Source: Phoronis australis
Taxonomy: Eukaryota > Animalia > Phoronida
NCBI GenBank assembly: GCA_002633005.1
Contig: NMRA01000261.1
Coordinates: forward strand, 372,001 to 436,000
Direction of reading: 5' to 3'
DNA: 64,000 bases
Shown: positions 40,101-54,000 of the stretch, in pieces
How the letters are laid out: each line of letters opens with the position of its first letter
How positions within the stretch are numbered: position 1 is the first letter of the stretch
Program-made: the position numbers and the translations under genes
Notes under the pieces: generated by a model
The model's input: only the letters and a program-made list of their open reading frames with translations
Databases searched by the model: none
Told to the model about the DNA's origin: nothing

Positions 40101-43100
40101 AACTTTATACGGGGTTCTTTGTAAAAGCTATTCAAGAGATTCTTGATTTTCTGTTTACGTAAACATAATATCTACTTTTGTAAAAGCAATTTTTTCTCTT
40201 ATGATTCAGAATTAGTTTTCACCATTTTGAGTTAAAATTCTCAGGTACATTTTACACCAGCTCTGTTTCAATTTTGGTTTAAGATTTTTTCATTTTAAGA
40301 TTTTTGTGTCCAACATTTGCTGTTATCGACGCAAATATTTACTTAACGCTAACGCATTGGTATAAAGAAGTGCCTATGAACACCAGTTATCTGCCAAAAA
40401 ATCTGTTGTTCAATTGTGACTGGTTAATCATTGCTTAGGTGCAGTGGAATTTTGAGAATCTATTTATAGTTTGGGATACACAAAAGAAAGTAGCCATCAA
40501 CTCTTCTGCCTCTAGAACCTTTTTGCAGGTCAGATCCACATGTTTTCTAGTGCCATATGTGGATTTAGACATCTGATGACAAGTTAATAATTATGTTTAC
40601 AAATATAAACATAAGTTAAGGAATCTTGAAGTGGGTTTGTGATTGAGATACCATGAAGAGGTTGCGTAAATTAAAAACTCTTGTCAAAAACATCGTTGGT
40701 TGAAATTGAAGTTGTTATGCTGAAGTTAGATAAGGTTTGAGGAACGGGCTGAATTTTATTCATAGGTACTTGAAATATTACCATTCATTCGTGTCCAAGC
40801 AAATAAGTATCAAGGGTTGACCAATAAACGTGACAAAACATGGTTTCTTAAAGTAAAACTTTTCAATTTTGGTGGTGGTTATTCAGCTGTTAACCTGAAT
40901 CGATACTGTGTAACATTGCTTTACACTGCTTCAAGACAAGATTTAAAAGTAGTGAACAGCTTATTATTTAAAATGACTTATTCTTATTAAAATGACATAG
41001 GCAAAAAATTGAATTTCAGGCCTCAAAAGCGAGGCCCCCTATATTAATATAGGGGCCCCACCGAAAGGGGGTCGAAGAGCCCCCTATATTAATATAGGGG
41101 GCCTCGCTTTTGAAGCCTGAAATTCAATTTTTTGCCTATGTCATTTTAATAAGAATAAGTCATTTTAAATAATAAGCTGTTAGTGTTAAAAATTTGCCAA
41201 CACATCAAGTTCATCAAATTAATGGCGATTTTATTATTACAGCAATTCTCCACTTTTCACACAAAATAAATTTTATAGTATATTTTCACAATAGTTGGGG
41301 TGTACGAAATAAACTAAAATTTTGCGATTGATGGGTATGCGAAATCAGACTAACCATGCATTGCCGCATGCAAATTTAGCGAAATAGGGCCTACCGGTTG
41401 GCAACATCATGGTATTAACAGTTAATTATGCTTCTTAGTCCTGTTCCAATGAGTTTAAGAGGTGTGTTTGATTAAAGATAGGGCTTTGCCTTGACATGTT
41501 CCCAGATGCAACACCAAGCGTGAGCGAATTAGTTGAGGCAAGAAATTGCCACCAAGTAGCCTGGTACTAAATATGTGGTGGACAAAACATTATTTTCCCA
41601 AATAATTTTGGGTGTGTGTAATGAGGTGAGTGCGAAATAATTTGGGAGTTACTGTAATGTTAAACATTGAATGCATTTGATTATCCTTAAGCCCGTTTTA
41701 CTTCATATTTAACTTGTCAGTGTCCTTGTTATGTGTTTATTTGCTGCTGTTTTTTTCCTCATTTTTAAGAGTTGCTTAATCCCAGTGAAGTTGAAATTAC
41801 CAACCTGATGAGTTTCGGCTACACAGAGTTGAAACTAATTATCCGATGGGCACGAAAAGTTCCAGGTGAGTAGCCCCAAGTAAGGTCTTTTTTATTAACT
41901 AAAGGATAACGTGATGAATGCACTGCTTTCCATGGTGGCGCTCAATAGACTCGGTCCACCATTCACTGACTTCATATTTTGAACAAGCATATCCTGACGA
42001 TTGCTGTGCACTCCATATGGTTGTTGCATACACTCTGCCCATCGTTTACACTAGAGTGAACACGGAGCATGAGGAGAAAAGTTATTCCCCATGTCTGCTG
42101 ACTCACAGGTGTGAGAGTGTCACCTAATGGCTGCGTTATACTGTACTCTTTAAAGTTGCTGGACCCAAGTTTGACAAATAAGATGGTTAACCAATTTTTG
42201 TATGTTATGTGTGGAAAAGAATCTTGAGTTTTAATACGGGTAAAAAGAATCACCAGATGCGTGTGTCTTTGAATTCTTGAACAATTATTGCTTAAACATT
42301 TGACCAATGTCCCTAGAATAGTCTGAAAGGTTGGCACTATAATGACTATGATCTTGGTGTTTGTGGAAAACATTCAAAACTCAGAAAACCAATAAAACCT
42401 AGTTTCTATTCCAAATAATTCAAAACCAATCAAAGATGGTAAAAAGGATCCAGGAAGTTTAACATCAAGGTGTTCAGTGTCTAGTTATGTTTTCAGGTTC
42501 ATAAACTCATTTGTTGTGGCTTGCATCATCTCTTGTCTAGTCAGTGCTTCATGCATCTAGAACTGGGGAAGTAGTGAATGGCAGTGTGAGAAAACACAGG
42601 AGGGTTGGAGATTTATGACTGTATTAGACAACACAGGAGGTGCGGGGAGTTAGGGCAGTATTGGAAAACAGAGGAGGGGCAGGGAGTTATGACAGCATTA
42701 GAAAACAATGGAGGGGGTGGGGGGCGGGGGTTGTGGGGCGGAGAGTTTAGTGCAAGTGTCAATTTTAGATTAGCACTTGTTTTTTGATGCTTTGTGAAAT
42801 GTTGGGACAACGTGAGATGATTTCTGATATCTATTGATTTCAGTACAGTGCATAGTTAAAAACCTTTTCTTTTTAACGACAGACTAGTTTCTTATCTTAC
42901 AAGTCACCAACATCATGCCAAGAATTGTATGATGACACTTGGCTTACCTCAAAATCCAACCGCTGCCTGGTGGTTTGGTAATTGGCACAATTATGTTGCA
43001 CACCCAGCAGAATTAATGAGGAACAAGATAAGGCAACATTGTACAAATGTTTTAGGTTGTAAAAGTCGCATTTCTTGTCCTATTTTCAAAATTCAAAAAC

Positions 43101-46100
43101 TTAATCACATGTACTTTTCACGAAATATGCAAAAATGCTATTTAAAAACTTTCAAAACAAAAATTGAAAACTACCACTGTCGCCCCAGTGTGTTTATGAT
43201 AGGTCTAATAATCTAGAGAAGGATAACATCAGTAGCTGGAGACAATATGATTGCCTGCATTTGCATAGTGTCCTTGATCTTTGCTGCCAATTCTGCGGTA
43301 CTCAAACCTGCCGAGTTGCCCAATCTTAACCAGTGAGAATGTCAAGGTAGGATTCTTTTCATGATGGTGAGATGTAACAGCTTGCTTCGTTTACTGTGCG
43401 ATGCCCCTCAGTGACCTCTATAGAGAACTGTAAAAAACTTGATTTTTGTTAAATTTATGCTGTTAATTTCAGGGTTTGTCGACTTGGATATAAACGATCA
43501 GATGAATTTACTGAAAGGTTCTTTTATGGAGCTAAATGTTTTCCGACTGTCCTACAGGTATAATAATTGATATTAATCTCTATCTTCTATTTGTATTCAT
43601 GCAAGAGAGTTGTTGTGGTTTCAGTGGTTCAACAGTAGTGTGAATTTTGTTTAAGGAGCTTGAATGACCACATCACTGTCCAGTCTAAGTAGAAAAATAG
43701 TGCAGGACTGTGTCTAAGTGGAAAAGTAGTGCAGAACTGTGTACATAGTACTGTACTCTTGAAACTATTTCCTCGTTTATTAACATATAACACATGTACA
43801 CAAATTGAAACCGAGCTGGGAAGCTAGAGACCCGATTTAAGGGTCTAGCAGTGGTATCCAGTGGGATTCGAACCCTGGACCTTGAGAATAGGAAGCAGAC
43901 ACTCAACCCAATAGGCCACACTGCCTCACCAGTCTATGTGGAAGGTTGTTCACAGCCTACAGAAGGCCCCTAGTTTTCACCATGTTAAAAAATTATGTTC
44001 TTTTCTTGCCTGTACAGCATTTGTTGAAAAGTTTTTGCTGTTTTGTCAGTGGTATTGATTTTTATAGTGTGTATTTAAATTTGATACAAAAGGTTATTCT
44101 CAATTTGATTCTTTTTGAATTTTATAAATCAGACATCTAATTGATTTTTTGAGTCTTTATTTTATGAACTCTTGCAAGGATTCATAAATGTCTACAACTG
44201 ATAGTTTAGTCTACCCATCAGTGGTATCAAAGCAATCACAAACATTCCTGTGACTTTTTGGAAAATATGAAGGACAGTTTACTTTGACAATGTCAATATT
44301 AAGTCATGTACCATGACTTGCACCATGACAGTAGACAGACCGTGTTCTTGTGGCATCAATTATTAGAATGGTATTTGTGTTCTCACCTCGTGAGGTCAGC
44401 CAAAACTTGCCGGGGGAGGTATGTCTGGTAATAACCAGCTCAGAAGAAAACAGTCGAAAAGGAAAATAGAAATGATCAGAGAAGTGCAGATTAGAAAAGA
44501 ATTGTCCATAAATCAGAAGAAAAACTGTTGGATATTTTTTCAAGACTACTGTATAAAATGCCAAATGTTTTTAAAGCTCAATTTTTTAGCAAAAATAATT
44601 CACTCCAAATAGTACAGTGAGGTGATGCCTGTTAATACTTCATTAAGTTGTTTTTATGCGCACCAGTGTTGTTAGTAGTTCAAAGATCATCTTTTCATAG
44701 CTTCTACTTTTCACATAGAAAAATGTGTGTGGGTATAATTACAGATTGGTGTAGGGCTATGTTAAAATAGCGTACCTGTTCATTTTCTACTTTAATTCAC
44801 CTTATTATGGTGCGTGCGAGTGCAAATGCCTCTTGATCTCTAATCATACTGGATGGTACAGTTTGATTGAGTCCATGATTTTTCTTTTCTCAAAGTGTGT
44901 TTCATAACTTCAGGTCAATGAATCACGTAAACAAGGTCAAGTTTTCAAACACTATTCTAATGTCCTGTGAAGAGGCGTCAGCACTTGGCTGGGGAGAAGA
45001 CTTGATCAGTTGCACGCTCAACTTCGTCAAAAGGTTGCAAGAGGTGTCTATCGACCACACAGAATTTTGTATTCTCAATTCGTTGGTCTTGACTTTTCCA
45101 GGTACATATCCTTGAGTGTGTGAATAGATAACACTACTATAAACCTGTTTTTAACACCATAAATAACTTGATTTAAGCCACTCATCATTGTAAAACTGGT
45201 CTCTAATAGTTCCTTTAATAATTTGTGTTTGGGGAATGTTAAGCATTCATCAGCACTGGAGGCCATGCTGGGTGTGTGTAATTATCCATTGGCGCATGCC
45301 AACCGATACAGCTTGGTCTTGAGTAATAACAAAATGCCATTTCTTTTGAAATCATCTCACCCCAAGTAGGGAACTATTTTAAAGAGGCCATTCTGTAGTG
45401 GAAAGTCACTGAATGCTTTTTGACACAAACTTCATTGAAAACACGACTGGACTTTTTCTTTGACAGCTTTATACTGACAAATTAAAACACTAGCTGTATA
45501 TAGAGACCGCATGTCTCATCATCAGGCAGTCATGAGTGAAATGAACATATATGAAGTTAAATAAATAGTAAAATACACCGTGACAGCAGGAAGAGGGGCA
45601 TACAAGCAGAGAGTGAAGAAAGGAGTTTGTTTTGACACTACGAACGAGTCTGTATTAAGCTGTATAAAAGTCCAGTAAGTTGTGTTTTCAATGAAGTTTG
45701 TGTAAACCAAGGGCTGCTACTGAACTATACTAATGCTTTTTGGCAGAAGGTTAGATCATCATGACAACTTTGAACTTGGTAGAGAGTGCTCCGTTTACTA
45801 GGAAACGTCTTCAATTCACTTGTACTGTTCACATGTACTGTTCACATGATATTTTACACTTATGGGCTTACTTTTGGTGGATGTACCCAATTAAGGAGGT
45901 GATACCTACAGTGTACAGCGCTCAACATAGGCGAAAATGCCCACTCAAAAATATGAGTGACAGAGCATAGTCTCTCATATTCCTGGAGTTGGACTCCTAA
46001 AAAGTAACAATCAACAAAAAAAAAAAACGCCGAACATCTGTTCTGCTTCCATTTGAGTGAGATCAATTTCCTACTTGTACTTTTTCTACTTGTATGTTTG

Positions 46101-47344
46101 AGTGTGTACTCGCAGCCCTAGCTTATTGGGCATGCCAAGCCAGGCTGTAATTATCTCTTACTGTTGAAATATTCATAAGTTCAAAAGTTGTATTTTATTG
46201 CGCTATTTGCTTTATGTTTGTTAAAATTGGTGCTCTTCCTAAAAACCGATAAATTTTGGAGATGACAATGGACATTGGGCAGTTTCACGGTGCACGTGTT
46301 GTAGTTCATGTGTGCTGCCCTTCTCAGTAGTCAAATTTCTCTTTGCGTACGGTACTTTTACTGCACAGTACATGCCAGCTGTCGCACAAAATGGCGACTG
46401 AATTCCCTTCAATACAGTCGATTGGAGACATAATTTACTGTGAGAGTAACTGTATCTATGGGTCAGTAGTACAGTTGTCATGATGGGGAATATGAGAAGT
46501 TTGGTTTGGCATGTTTTGTAGTTCATACAAAATTTTATTTTATAGCTGTAGATTTAGTTAAACGGAAACAGTAGAAAACGTCCAACAGCTTTAGCTTTGT
46601 TAGAGCACACTATTCAGATTTCCATTCTGGGCTTGGATTGGGTTATTAGTCCGGATAATGTCTTAAAATTTTGCATTCCTTTACACTCTATAGGCCTTTT
46701 GAAGTTGACATGCAAGGTCTGTGAAAGCATTTCTTTGAGAACCCTGCTCTTAGTCATACAACTGTCCCAGTTGGACTGTGTATTCGCAGTTTAACAAAGG
46801 GTTTATGGTCATGGCTGAGAAGAAATTGCTTTATTACTACCTATTGGTTCTGAATAGCCCAGCACAGAACGTCAGGGCTTCGTGACATTGCACTTTTAAA
46901 ATGTGTGAGTTACTAGTTTACCCCTCTGCAAAACTGTGGCAGTTTGATGATATGCTGATTGTAACGAATTTACAAAAATGGTATGAAATACCATTGCTTT
47001 ATATCTCCATGAAAGTCACAGGATTGAACTGTAGATGGCACTGGATGTTGTGCACCGTACTTCATTATGTCGCTACTACATGGCAAAATGGCTGTTGTTA
47101 TTTTACAGATGCCCCTGGCATCATCAACAAAGAGGCAGTTACAGAACTACAGACCACTCTGTTGGGCAGTCTGAGGAAGTATATAGCCTATCACTACCCA
47201 GAAGAGCGACGGCGCTATGGCAAGATGTTGTTAAGGTTACCATCTCTGCGAACCATCAGCGCAAAAGCTGCAGAACGTTTCCTGTCAATGACTCTCGCTG
47301 GAAAAATTCAGATGACAGATTTGGTTGTGGAGATGATGTCGTAA
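31153..47344 (+). CDS. Orphan nuclear receptor (C4 zinc-finger DBD + LBD), likely invertebrate NR7/NR8 group; 8 exons, 368 aa
   Basis: Exons 31153-31237, 37781-37889 ([27 protein letters not shown]), 38136-38263 ([24 protein letters not shown]), 39904-40083 ([13 protein letters not shown]), 41770-41865 ([14 protein letters not shown]), 43473-43557 ([20 protein letters not shown]), 44914-45101, 47109-47344 ([16 protein letters not shown]...LVVEMMS*). They sum to 1107 nt in frame. Exon 1 is inferred from an ATG plus a phase-1 donor. Confidence 0.92.
32555..32979. other. Assembly gap
   Basis: Run of N. Confidence 0.99.
33900..36401 (+). mobile_element. Decayed DDE/D transposase element, possibly Sola3-like
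   Basis: S(G/D)NAGCYH and [28 protein letters not shown] motifs (ORF 34046-34489), a degenerate C2H2-like segment after it, and a candidate right end ..GTCACTC|TTAA at 36401. The left end was not found and may lie in the N gap. Confidence 0.45.
36980..37410 (-). mobile_element. LINE ORF1 relic (CR1/L2/L1-type RRM region)
   Basis: Frameshifted [39 protein letters not shown]. Confidence 0.6.
40955..41181. mobile_element. Near-perfect palindromic MITE (227 bp) in nuclear receptor intron
   Basis: ~103-bp arms AACAGCTTATT..., short spacer, AGTG on both flanks (4-bp TSD). Confidence 0.8.
43800..43930 (-). mobile_element. tRNA-derived SINE head
   Basis: A-box TGGCCTATTGG and B-box GGGTTCGAATCCC, then CACTGCTAGACCCTT; no tRNA acceptor stem. 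Confidence 0.55.
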
Positions 47345-48098
47345 TGGATTGGTTGTGGCATGCACAGTGAATTTGATGTTGATCTATGACTGGATTTTTG
47401 AAAGAAAAATGCAACTTTGGATCGTCACAGTGATGCCATTGGTTAATCAGTTCTGTTGTACATATCATTTGCATCACTAGTATTCTATGTGCCCCCTGTC
47501 TATTCAGTATTTGTAAGAGAATTCTCATTTGTTGGAAATCTTTAGTTACATGTGTATCTGCAGGTAGTCTGTTGTTTCATTAATCACCCATTACAGAACT
47601 CTGCACTTTCAAAATGACTTAAAATTAGAACTGCATGACCATCAGGCCACAACACAATTGCGCGTACACGTGAAATGTAGATGTCTTACAGCTGTAGTAA
47701 TACTAGGCACAGGATTGGATTTGGTGTGGATGTAATTTAGAGTAGACTAACAAGTGTGATGCACCTCTTTAGCTAGCACCATACATATATTCATTGCTGA
47801 CAACTTGAATGGTCTGGGTTACTAAAATTTCCATGGATTCTTGGAGATGCAACATGGTGTCTCGTCAAATTTCAAGAAGTATTAAAGCTATGTTACTAAC
47901 TTGTGAATTTAAAGAATTGAGTGTAATGAGTAACTAACACAATGCAAATGAGGTAATAAAGTCATTGACTCTCTTTGCTTCTGATAAACTGATCAATGTA
48001 GATGTGTGTTTTTTAGAAATGTTTACAGAGAGAAACCACACAACGATACAACAAAATGTTTTCTATTTTTCTAGCATTTTCAACACAGTAAAAGTTTT

Positions 48099-51000
48099 TC
48101 AATTCTGTGGAGTGCGTTCCTTTAGCTGTGAAGCAATTCTGTCCAAGTCACGGCGTCCTTGTGAAGTCAGACGACGACCTCTGAAAAAGGAAATGGGTTT
48201 TTAACAGCCATGTGTACAGTACACATAAGGTGCATCTAGACCAGTGGTTGCCCCCACAGCAAATTCTTTTCGAGGCAACTTGACTTTGAGCTACCCAGTG
48301 TCAAGGCAGAAGTACAGAATCTGCAAATTTGTCACATAAAGAATGGGCAGCATGAGCACAGGTGCGCCCCCGCTTGACTAGAACAGTAATTCTTCATCTA
48401 TTTAGCACACAATATGGCGGACAAGTGAAATTCTATTTTGTCTATTTTTCACAAAACATATTGCGAAAATTTCAGTCTACTATTTTCATGGTTTGCACTT
48501 TTTCGATGTCATAAAGCTCCCATTATTTCTAGCAAGGTAATTGACCCTGAATGCACTGCAAACGGCGTGCTTCTGGGGTTGTTCGTTTTATAAAAATGAC
48601 CACTAGATGGCACAAAAATGTCCATCCGAAAAAAGGGAACATGTCATCGCTTCAGAGGAACGAAGGGAAACCACTAAGGGGCACAGCATTTGATGGATAC
48701 GCATAAAAGTCGCCGTCTTTTGTTAACTTCATATAAATACACTTACTAAATTTAATAAAGATCCTGCAGTGGCTTCAGGAGATACAGCTATGGACACAAA
48801 ACAAAACTACCACTAAGAGGTGCCGAAGTAGTCATTGTGAACCGTCCTCTTCACACTGAGAACATTTATGCCAATAATCCTTAGAATGGTTTGGTTGATC
48901 GAAGGGTGAATGCCAAAAACAGGAGGATAGCATCACCTCATCAATAGATGCCTATATTCCAAATATTCTGAAAATCCGTTGAGGACCTTTGAAGTTACAG
49001 AGGTAAACGTAAAAAATCAAAATTGCCACTAGGGGACACCAGAAGTCAGATCCGTCCAAAAGTTGTCTGTTAAAACATCAAATAAATACACTTGCTAACT
49101 TTAGTAAAGATCCTGCAAACGGTTTAGGAGATACAGCCATGGGCGAAAAAAACCTGCCACTAGGATGCACCACAGTAGTCAAAGTCGTTGGAAAATCATT
49201 GCCAGCCATCCTCTTCATAGTAAAAACATACAACATGTCAATTTTTAGAGCGGCTTTGTTGATAGAGGGGTGGACGCCAAAAAATAAACTCGAAAACAGT
49301 AAACTGTTCATCACATGAGACACAGCAGTTAGTTAAGATATTCATGAACTTGTTAACTACTGTTTAGGTCCAGGTTGGCCTTGGTCCCGGACTCTCAAGG
49401 TGCAGGGCGTGCACATAGCAATATCAGTGCATTTGAGACTGTTTCCCATGCCCTGTAAGTGAGCTCCACAACACAAGATACTATCGTTCCTATACCCTGC
49501 AAATGAGCTCCACAAAACAAGATACTATCGTTTCCATGCCCTGCAAGTGAGCTCCACAACACAAGATACTATGTCTAATGCCTCACCCCGTGGTCTGGTC
49601 TTTTTCTATCAGTTTTAATCCCTCAAGAGACTGCAGTACTTTGCGGGCCACAGAGCGAGAGCTGGGGCAGAAATGAGACGGAGCAGTGCCATTGTTCCTG
49701 CGGCCTGTTAACAAGAAACCAACATTAGCATACAGTTACACCCAAAGAATAATGTGTGATAGTAGGCGCACATTCAAATGAATCAGAGACTCTATAGTCA
49801 TGTCGATGCAAGTCAACTGTTACACTTTCAGGTATCAACAGCCTGCTTCTCTTTCCCAGATTATGCCTAACACCAGAGACCCTCTCAGCAATCTTGAAAC
49901 TTACAGCCAGAGGAAGCACACATAAAATTGAAAGCAATCCCAAATAATTCAAAGTAAGCAATTTATTGAGCTCAGACCTGGAATTCAATAATTGAGTTCA
50001 ATTTCAGTGAATGTTCAAACTAGCATTCTTTGAAATGCTGAAAATAACTGTACTCTTGTGACATACATGTAGAAATTTTAGCGAGCCTGGAAATTGAAAC
50101 TAATCCTCTTTTTTTGAAGAAGCAGTGCCATTTAAGTATGACAATATAACTACACACATGTGATCACATGTAACTGCACGAGTATAAAACAAGTCAAGAC
50201 AAACCTGTCTAGTGTTTTTACCAATTTAAATTCAAGCTACAAATAATCAGAATATTTTGAAAATTCCATTATCTTCTTCAAAAACCATTGCTTGTGATGA
50301 TGGCAAGTGTTAAATGCCAGTGTAGTTATAAGCAATCTCCTCACCTCCATATATCTTTCGCAGATTACCAACTCCAACCGGTGCTCTCATGTACAAGTGC
50401 CTGGCCACTGAAGCCGCCCTTATGTAATACCAGTCCTCTTCGTAGGGCGCCAGTTCCTTGAATGTGCCAGTCTTCACTATTTCCACCCAATCTGGCACTT
50501 TCATCTTGCCTGACCTGGAACAGTGGAAACAAGCTTACTACATACACAGACACAAATACAGGAGACTGTTTCCTAGAAGGGAAAATGGATGCAATTTACA
50601 AAAATGAGAGCCTCTACAAAAGGTACAACACAGACAAAGTATCAAATAGGAATGTACAGCACATCATTTTAAACTCGAATCAAACAGTGAGGAGAGTAGT
50701 AATATACGATCAAACAAATTCACAATTTCCCAATTTGTCTCGCAAGTTTCATGCGGTTACCATGTGCTCAAGAAGCACAACTCAGGCTGAGGAAATACAG
50801 CAAAAAATTAGTGATAATATGTTTGAACAATTGCGAATGAGAAAACCAGAGGTGAGATTGTATTCGCAGGTGAAGAGGCAAAAGTTTACGCAGCGGCCAT
50901 CTCTGTCGTCTTTTGAATGGCCAGAATGTTAATTTGGATGGGATCGACGGGACGGTCAGAATTAAAAAAGACGAGCAAAATTCAAAAAAGTTGCTTGAAA

Positions 51001-54000
51001 TGATAACCACTTTCTCAATATTATTGGCCGAAACCAATCAGATCATTCAGAACCTGTCACATGACCACTTTAATCTTGAGCTGCAAAACTCGAGTCGGTC
51101 AAAATAAGACTTTTTAACAAAATAAAACATTAAAAATGTGAAAATAAATTGGAATGCATCAAGGGCAATTCAAAACACATTTGAAGAAATGAAAATAGCA
51201 CTTTGTATCCTGTTTCGGCAGCACGTAGAAAATAGGACTCAGGCCTAGCGGCCAATTTGGCAACTGCTTGAATGGGCTTGCACATGGGATCGTACAAAAG
51301 AATTTCCTACATCAATCACATACCACGATTCCCATCCAACGAATCAAGGGTTACAGTTGAATTTTCTTTCAGAAAGCGTTTTTCTTTCTTTTGTTTCATC
51401 GTTTTCATGTGGTTCTCCGAGATTCGGTCACAAACGCTGCAATTATCCCTCTGTCAAAGTTTACAAACCTTGACTTTTGTTATTTGTGAACACATTGAGC
51501 ATTTCTTTTATCTACGAAATATTCCGTCTACTCCAATCTCCACACATTTTTGGCCGCAGAATCGCACTATTTGTCACCGCAGTTTAATACCATATGCAGA
51601 CCCCATTGATGAACAATGCTATCCCAGGTGCCCCAGCCATTACGATTTTCGTTCCTCCGAAACATAAAGAGCAGTTTCCGCTTTTCAAGTCGTCAACAAC
51701 GCCGCGGTAAGAAACCAATTTGCTGCGGAAATTTTATGACAAATTCCGATTTTTTTTTTCTGCAGAAATATAACAGAAATGCGCGGATGGAATAAGAGAA
51801 AAAACAGAAATCCGCATTTCCACGGAAAATTCCAAGCAGTGGCTGACGCTCAAATAAATAGGCCTTCAATTATTTCAGAAATATATTAAAGAAATTTACT
51901 GCGCAAAAAGTGCTTTTTAGCGTATTTTTCAATATTCCGCACGCCCCATGACACAGGTGTTACCGGCAGCCTGATATACCTGTGAATGGAAACTCTTTCA
52001 AGACTTTTATTGGTTGTTGCTTGTGCATTTCTCATTTAAATGAATACTATTGGATAGTTCCGGAGAATTTCTCATTGTCACTGGCCAATCGAATTTGAGC
52101 TCATTTCGTTAGCCTTGTAAGAGTTTCTTTGGCTGATCCAATATTTATGGTTATGCACTGTGAAAAACTGGCAAGTCGTTACAACTCTTCACTGTGTCTG
52201 TAGTGCCAGATGTTTGCAATTTGGGGGGGAGTAATTCTGTGATTTTGCACAGCCAGTGTCGTCTGCGGTTTCCGTCATGATTGACATGGCTTTGCACAAT
52301 CTATATACTTATATACTTAGTCATGTCGTCTGCCACGCAAAGGCCTAAAAGACTCGAGGATTATTCTACAAGCCAAGAGCTGTTCCAGATACAGAAGTTG
52401 ACTTAGATGCTGGTACGACAAATAATCCAGCTACAGATCCAGATCGTGGTGATAACGCGACCAGTCAATGAAACGCTAATACCCGTGCAATCAAAGGCAA
52501 ACCTTTCAATCAATGTACCGAATTTTTGCCGACAACATCTGACATCAGCATTTTTAAAGTTTGCTCCATACTTGAGAATAGACATTTTTAACAGGTAAAT
52601 GGATTTGTAACAACCCCGAAAACAGCATAGTTGCTAACGTTTGACAATCCAGTCGATATCTTCATAAAAATAGGTTTTTACTTGCTCTCCCGTCCAAGTA
52701 AATGGAAACAGACGTGAATCGGTTTGTTTACAATACCTAATTAGATATTCAAGGTGGTGGACGATGTTGTGAACTCGTATGTTGTGCAATTTCTGCAAGA
52801 ACTCTGGTTGGATGTACCGACTTTTTGACGTCGAATTCAGACTAACATTATGAGGGTATTGACAGCGAACGCTGTGCAAGACACGAGATTGAGAGAAAAC
52901 AAGAGGCTCGACTCTCAGGAACATGTATGATAAAAATGCAACTCACTTTACCAAAACACATTATTCAGACCGTCGGCTTCGCGGAAGACAGGATGTTGCT
53001 ACTGAAATCTTTACCACCGTGTTGGAGTTTTTGGACTTAGTCGACATTGGCATCTCTAGTATGAACATCACATTCTTTTTTGAGTAAAATGACTCCACAT
53101 ACCATTTCAAATACGCCTGTATAGACTTCCATTTAAAGTTATTGAATAAACGAATGCTCTTTGTTTTATCAACGACACCTTTATTCCATTTCACTGTACT
53201 GTGTTATTACATGGGTAGATACACCTGACCACTGCATGGTGTTGCGGCCGCAGCGGTCCGACCACCAATGCTCACGTGAACTGCCGTGTTCGGTCAATTT
53301 TTTTGAAATTTGGGACTCCCACTCTTGAAATCGTAGATAAACTCCTGCGTAGGAGTCATACTGCGAGGACTGGTCACTACATAATCCATACTGTACTTGC
53401 CAGGGTTAATACCTAGGGTGCTAAATTGGGGAAATCAACACTCAGGGGTGGTAACCAGGGCTTTATCCAAGATTTCAAACATAGGGTGTCCAAAATGGGG
53501 TTCCCAATATTCCAGGGTGTTCATGATTCCAACGACGCGTTGTCCCACCCCCCGCCATCATTCACCAGTAACCCCTCTAACCACATACACACACAGTGAG
53601 TTTTTTTTTACAAAAAATGCATTGAACAAGACTTTTACACCTCTGTTTACAAAAACAGCTCCCCAGTAGTGAGCTTTTTTAACTACAAAACTGTGGGACT
53701 TTTATGTCTAAATTTACGAAAACAGCCAAATAGCTTAACAAACAGGTATTTCAGATAAGTTGAACGATGAGTGCACTGTTTTTGGTGACCTTGAGTCAAA
53801 TTGATGTTATAAAGTTCATCATATCATCTTAATAAGCTTTAATATTCTGTAAAATGAGTCATCAGAGCTGCAGTTGACAACCAAACACCCTAATGCTTGA
53901 AGGGTGTTGGATACACAATGCTTTCAACCTAGTTTGAACATGGCAACATTGTATATACGTTGTATATTTCGTTCTGCTTTGAAAAGAGCCAGCACTGTGA

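Noticed and set aside
43860-43930. Possible tRNA gene
   Set aside because: A and B boxes are present but there is no closed cloverleaf, and it continues into a body shared with another copy, so it is a SINE.
50462-51667. Several 60-156 aa + strand ORFs inside RPS19
   Set aside because: No recognisable domains; they partly lie antisense to an RPS19 exon or within repeat relics.
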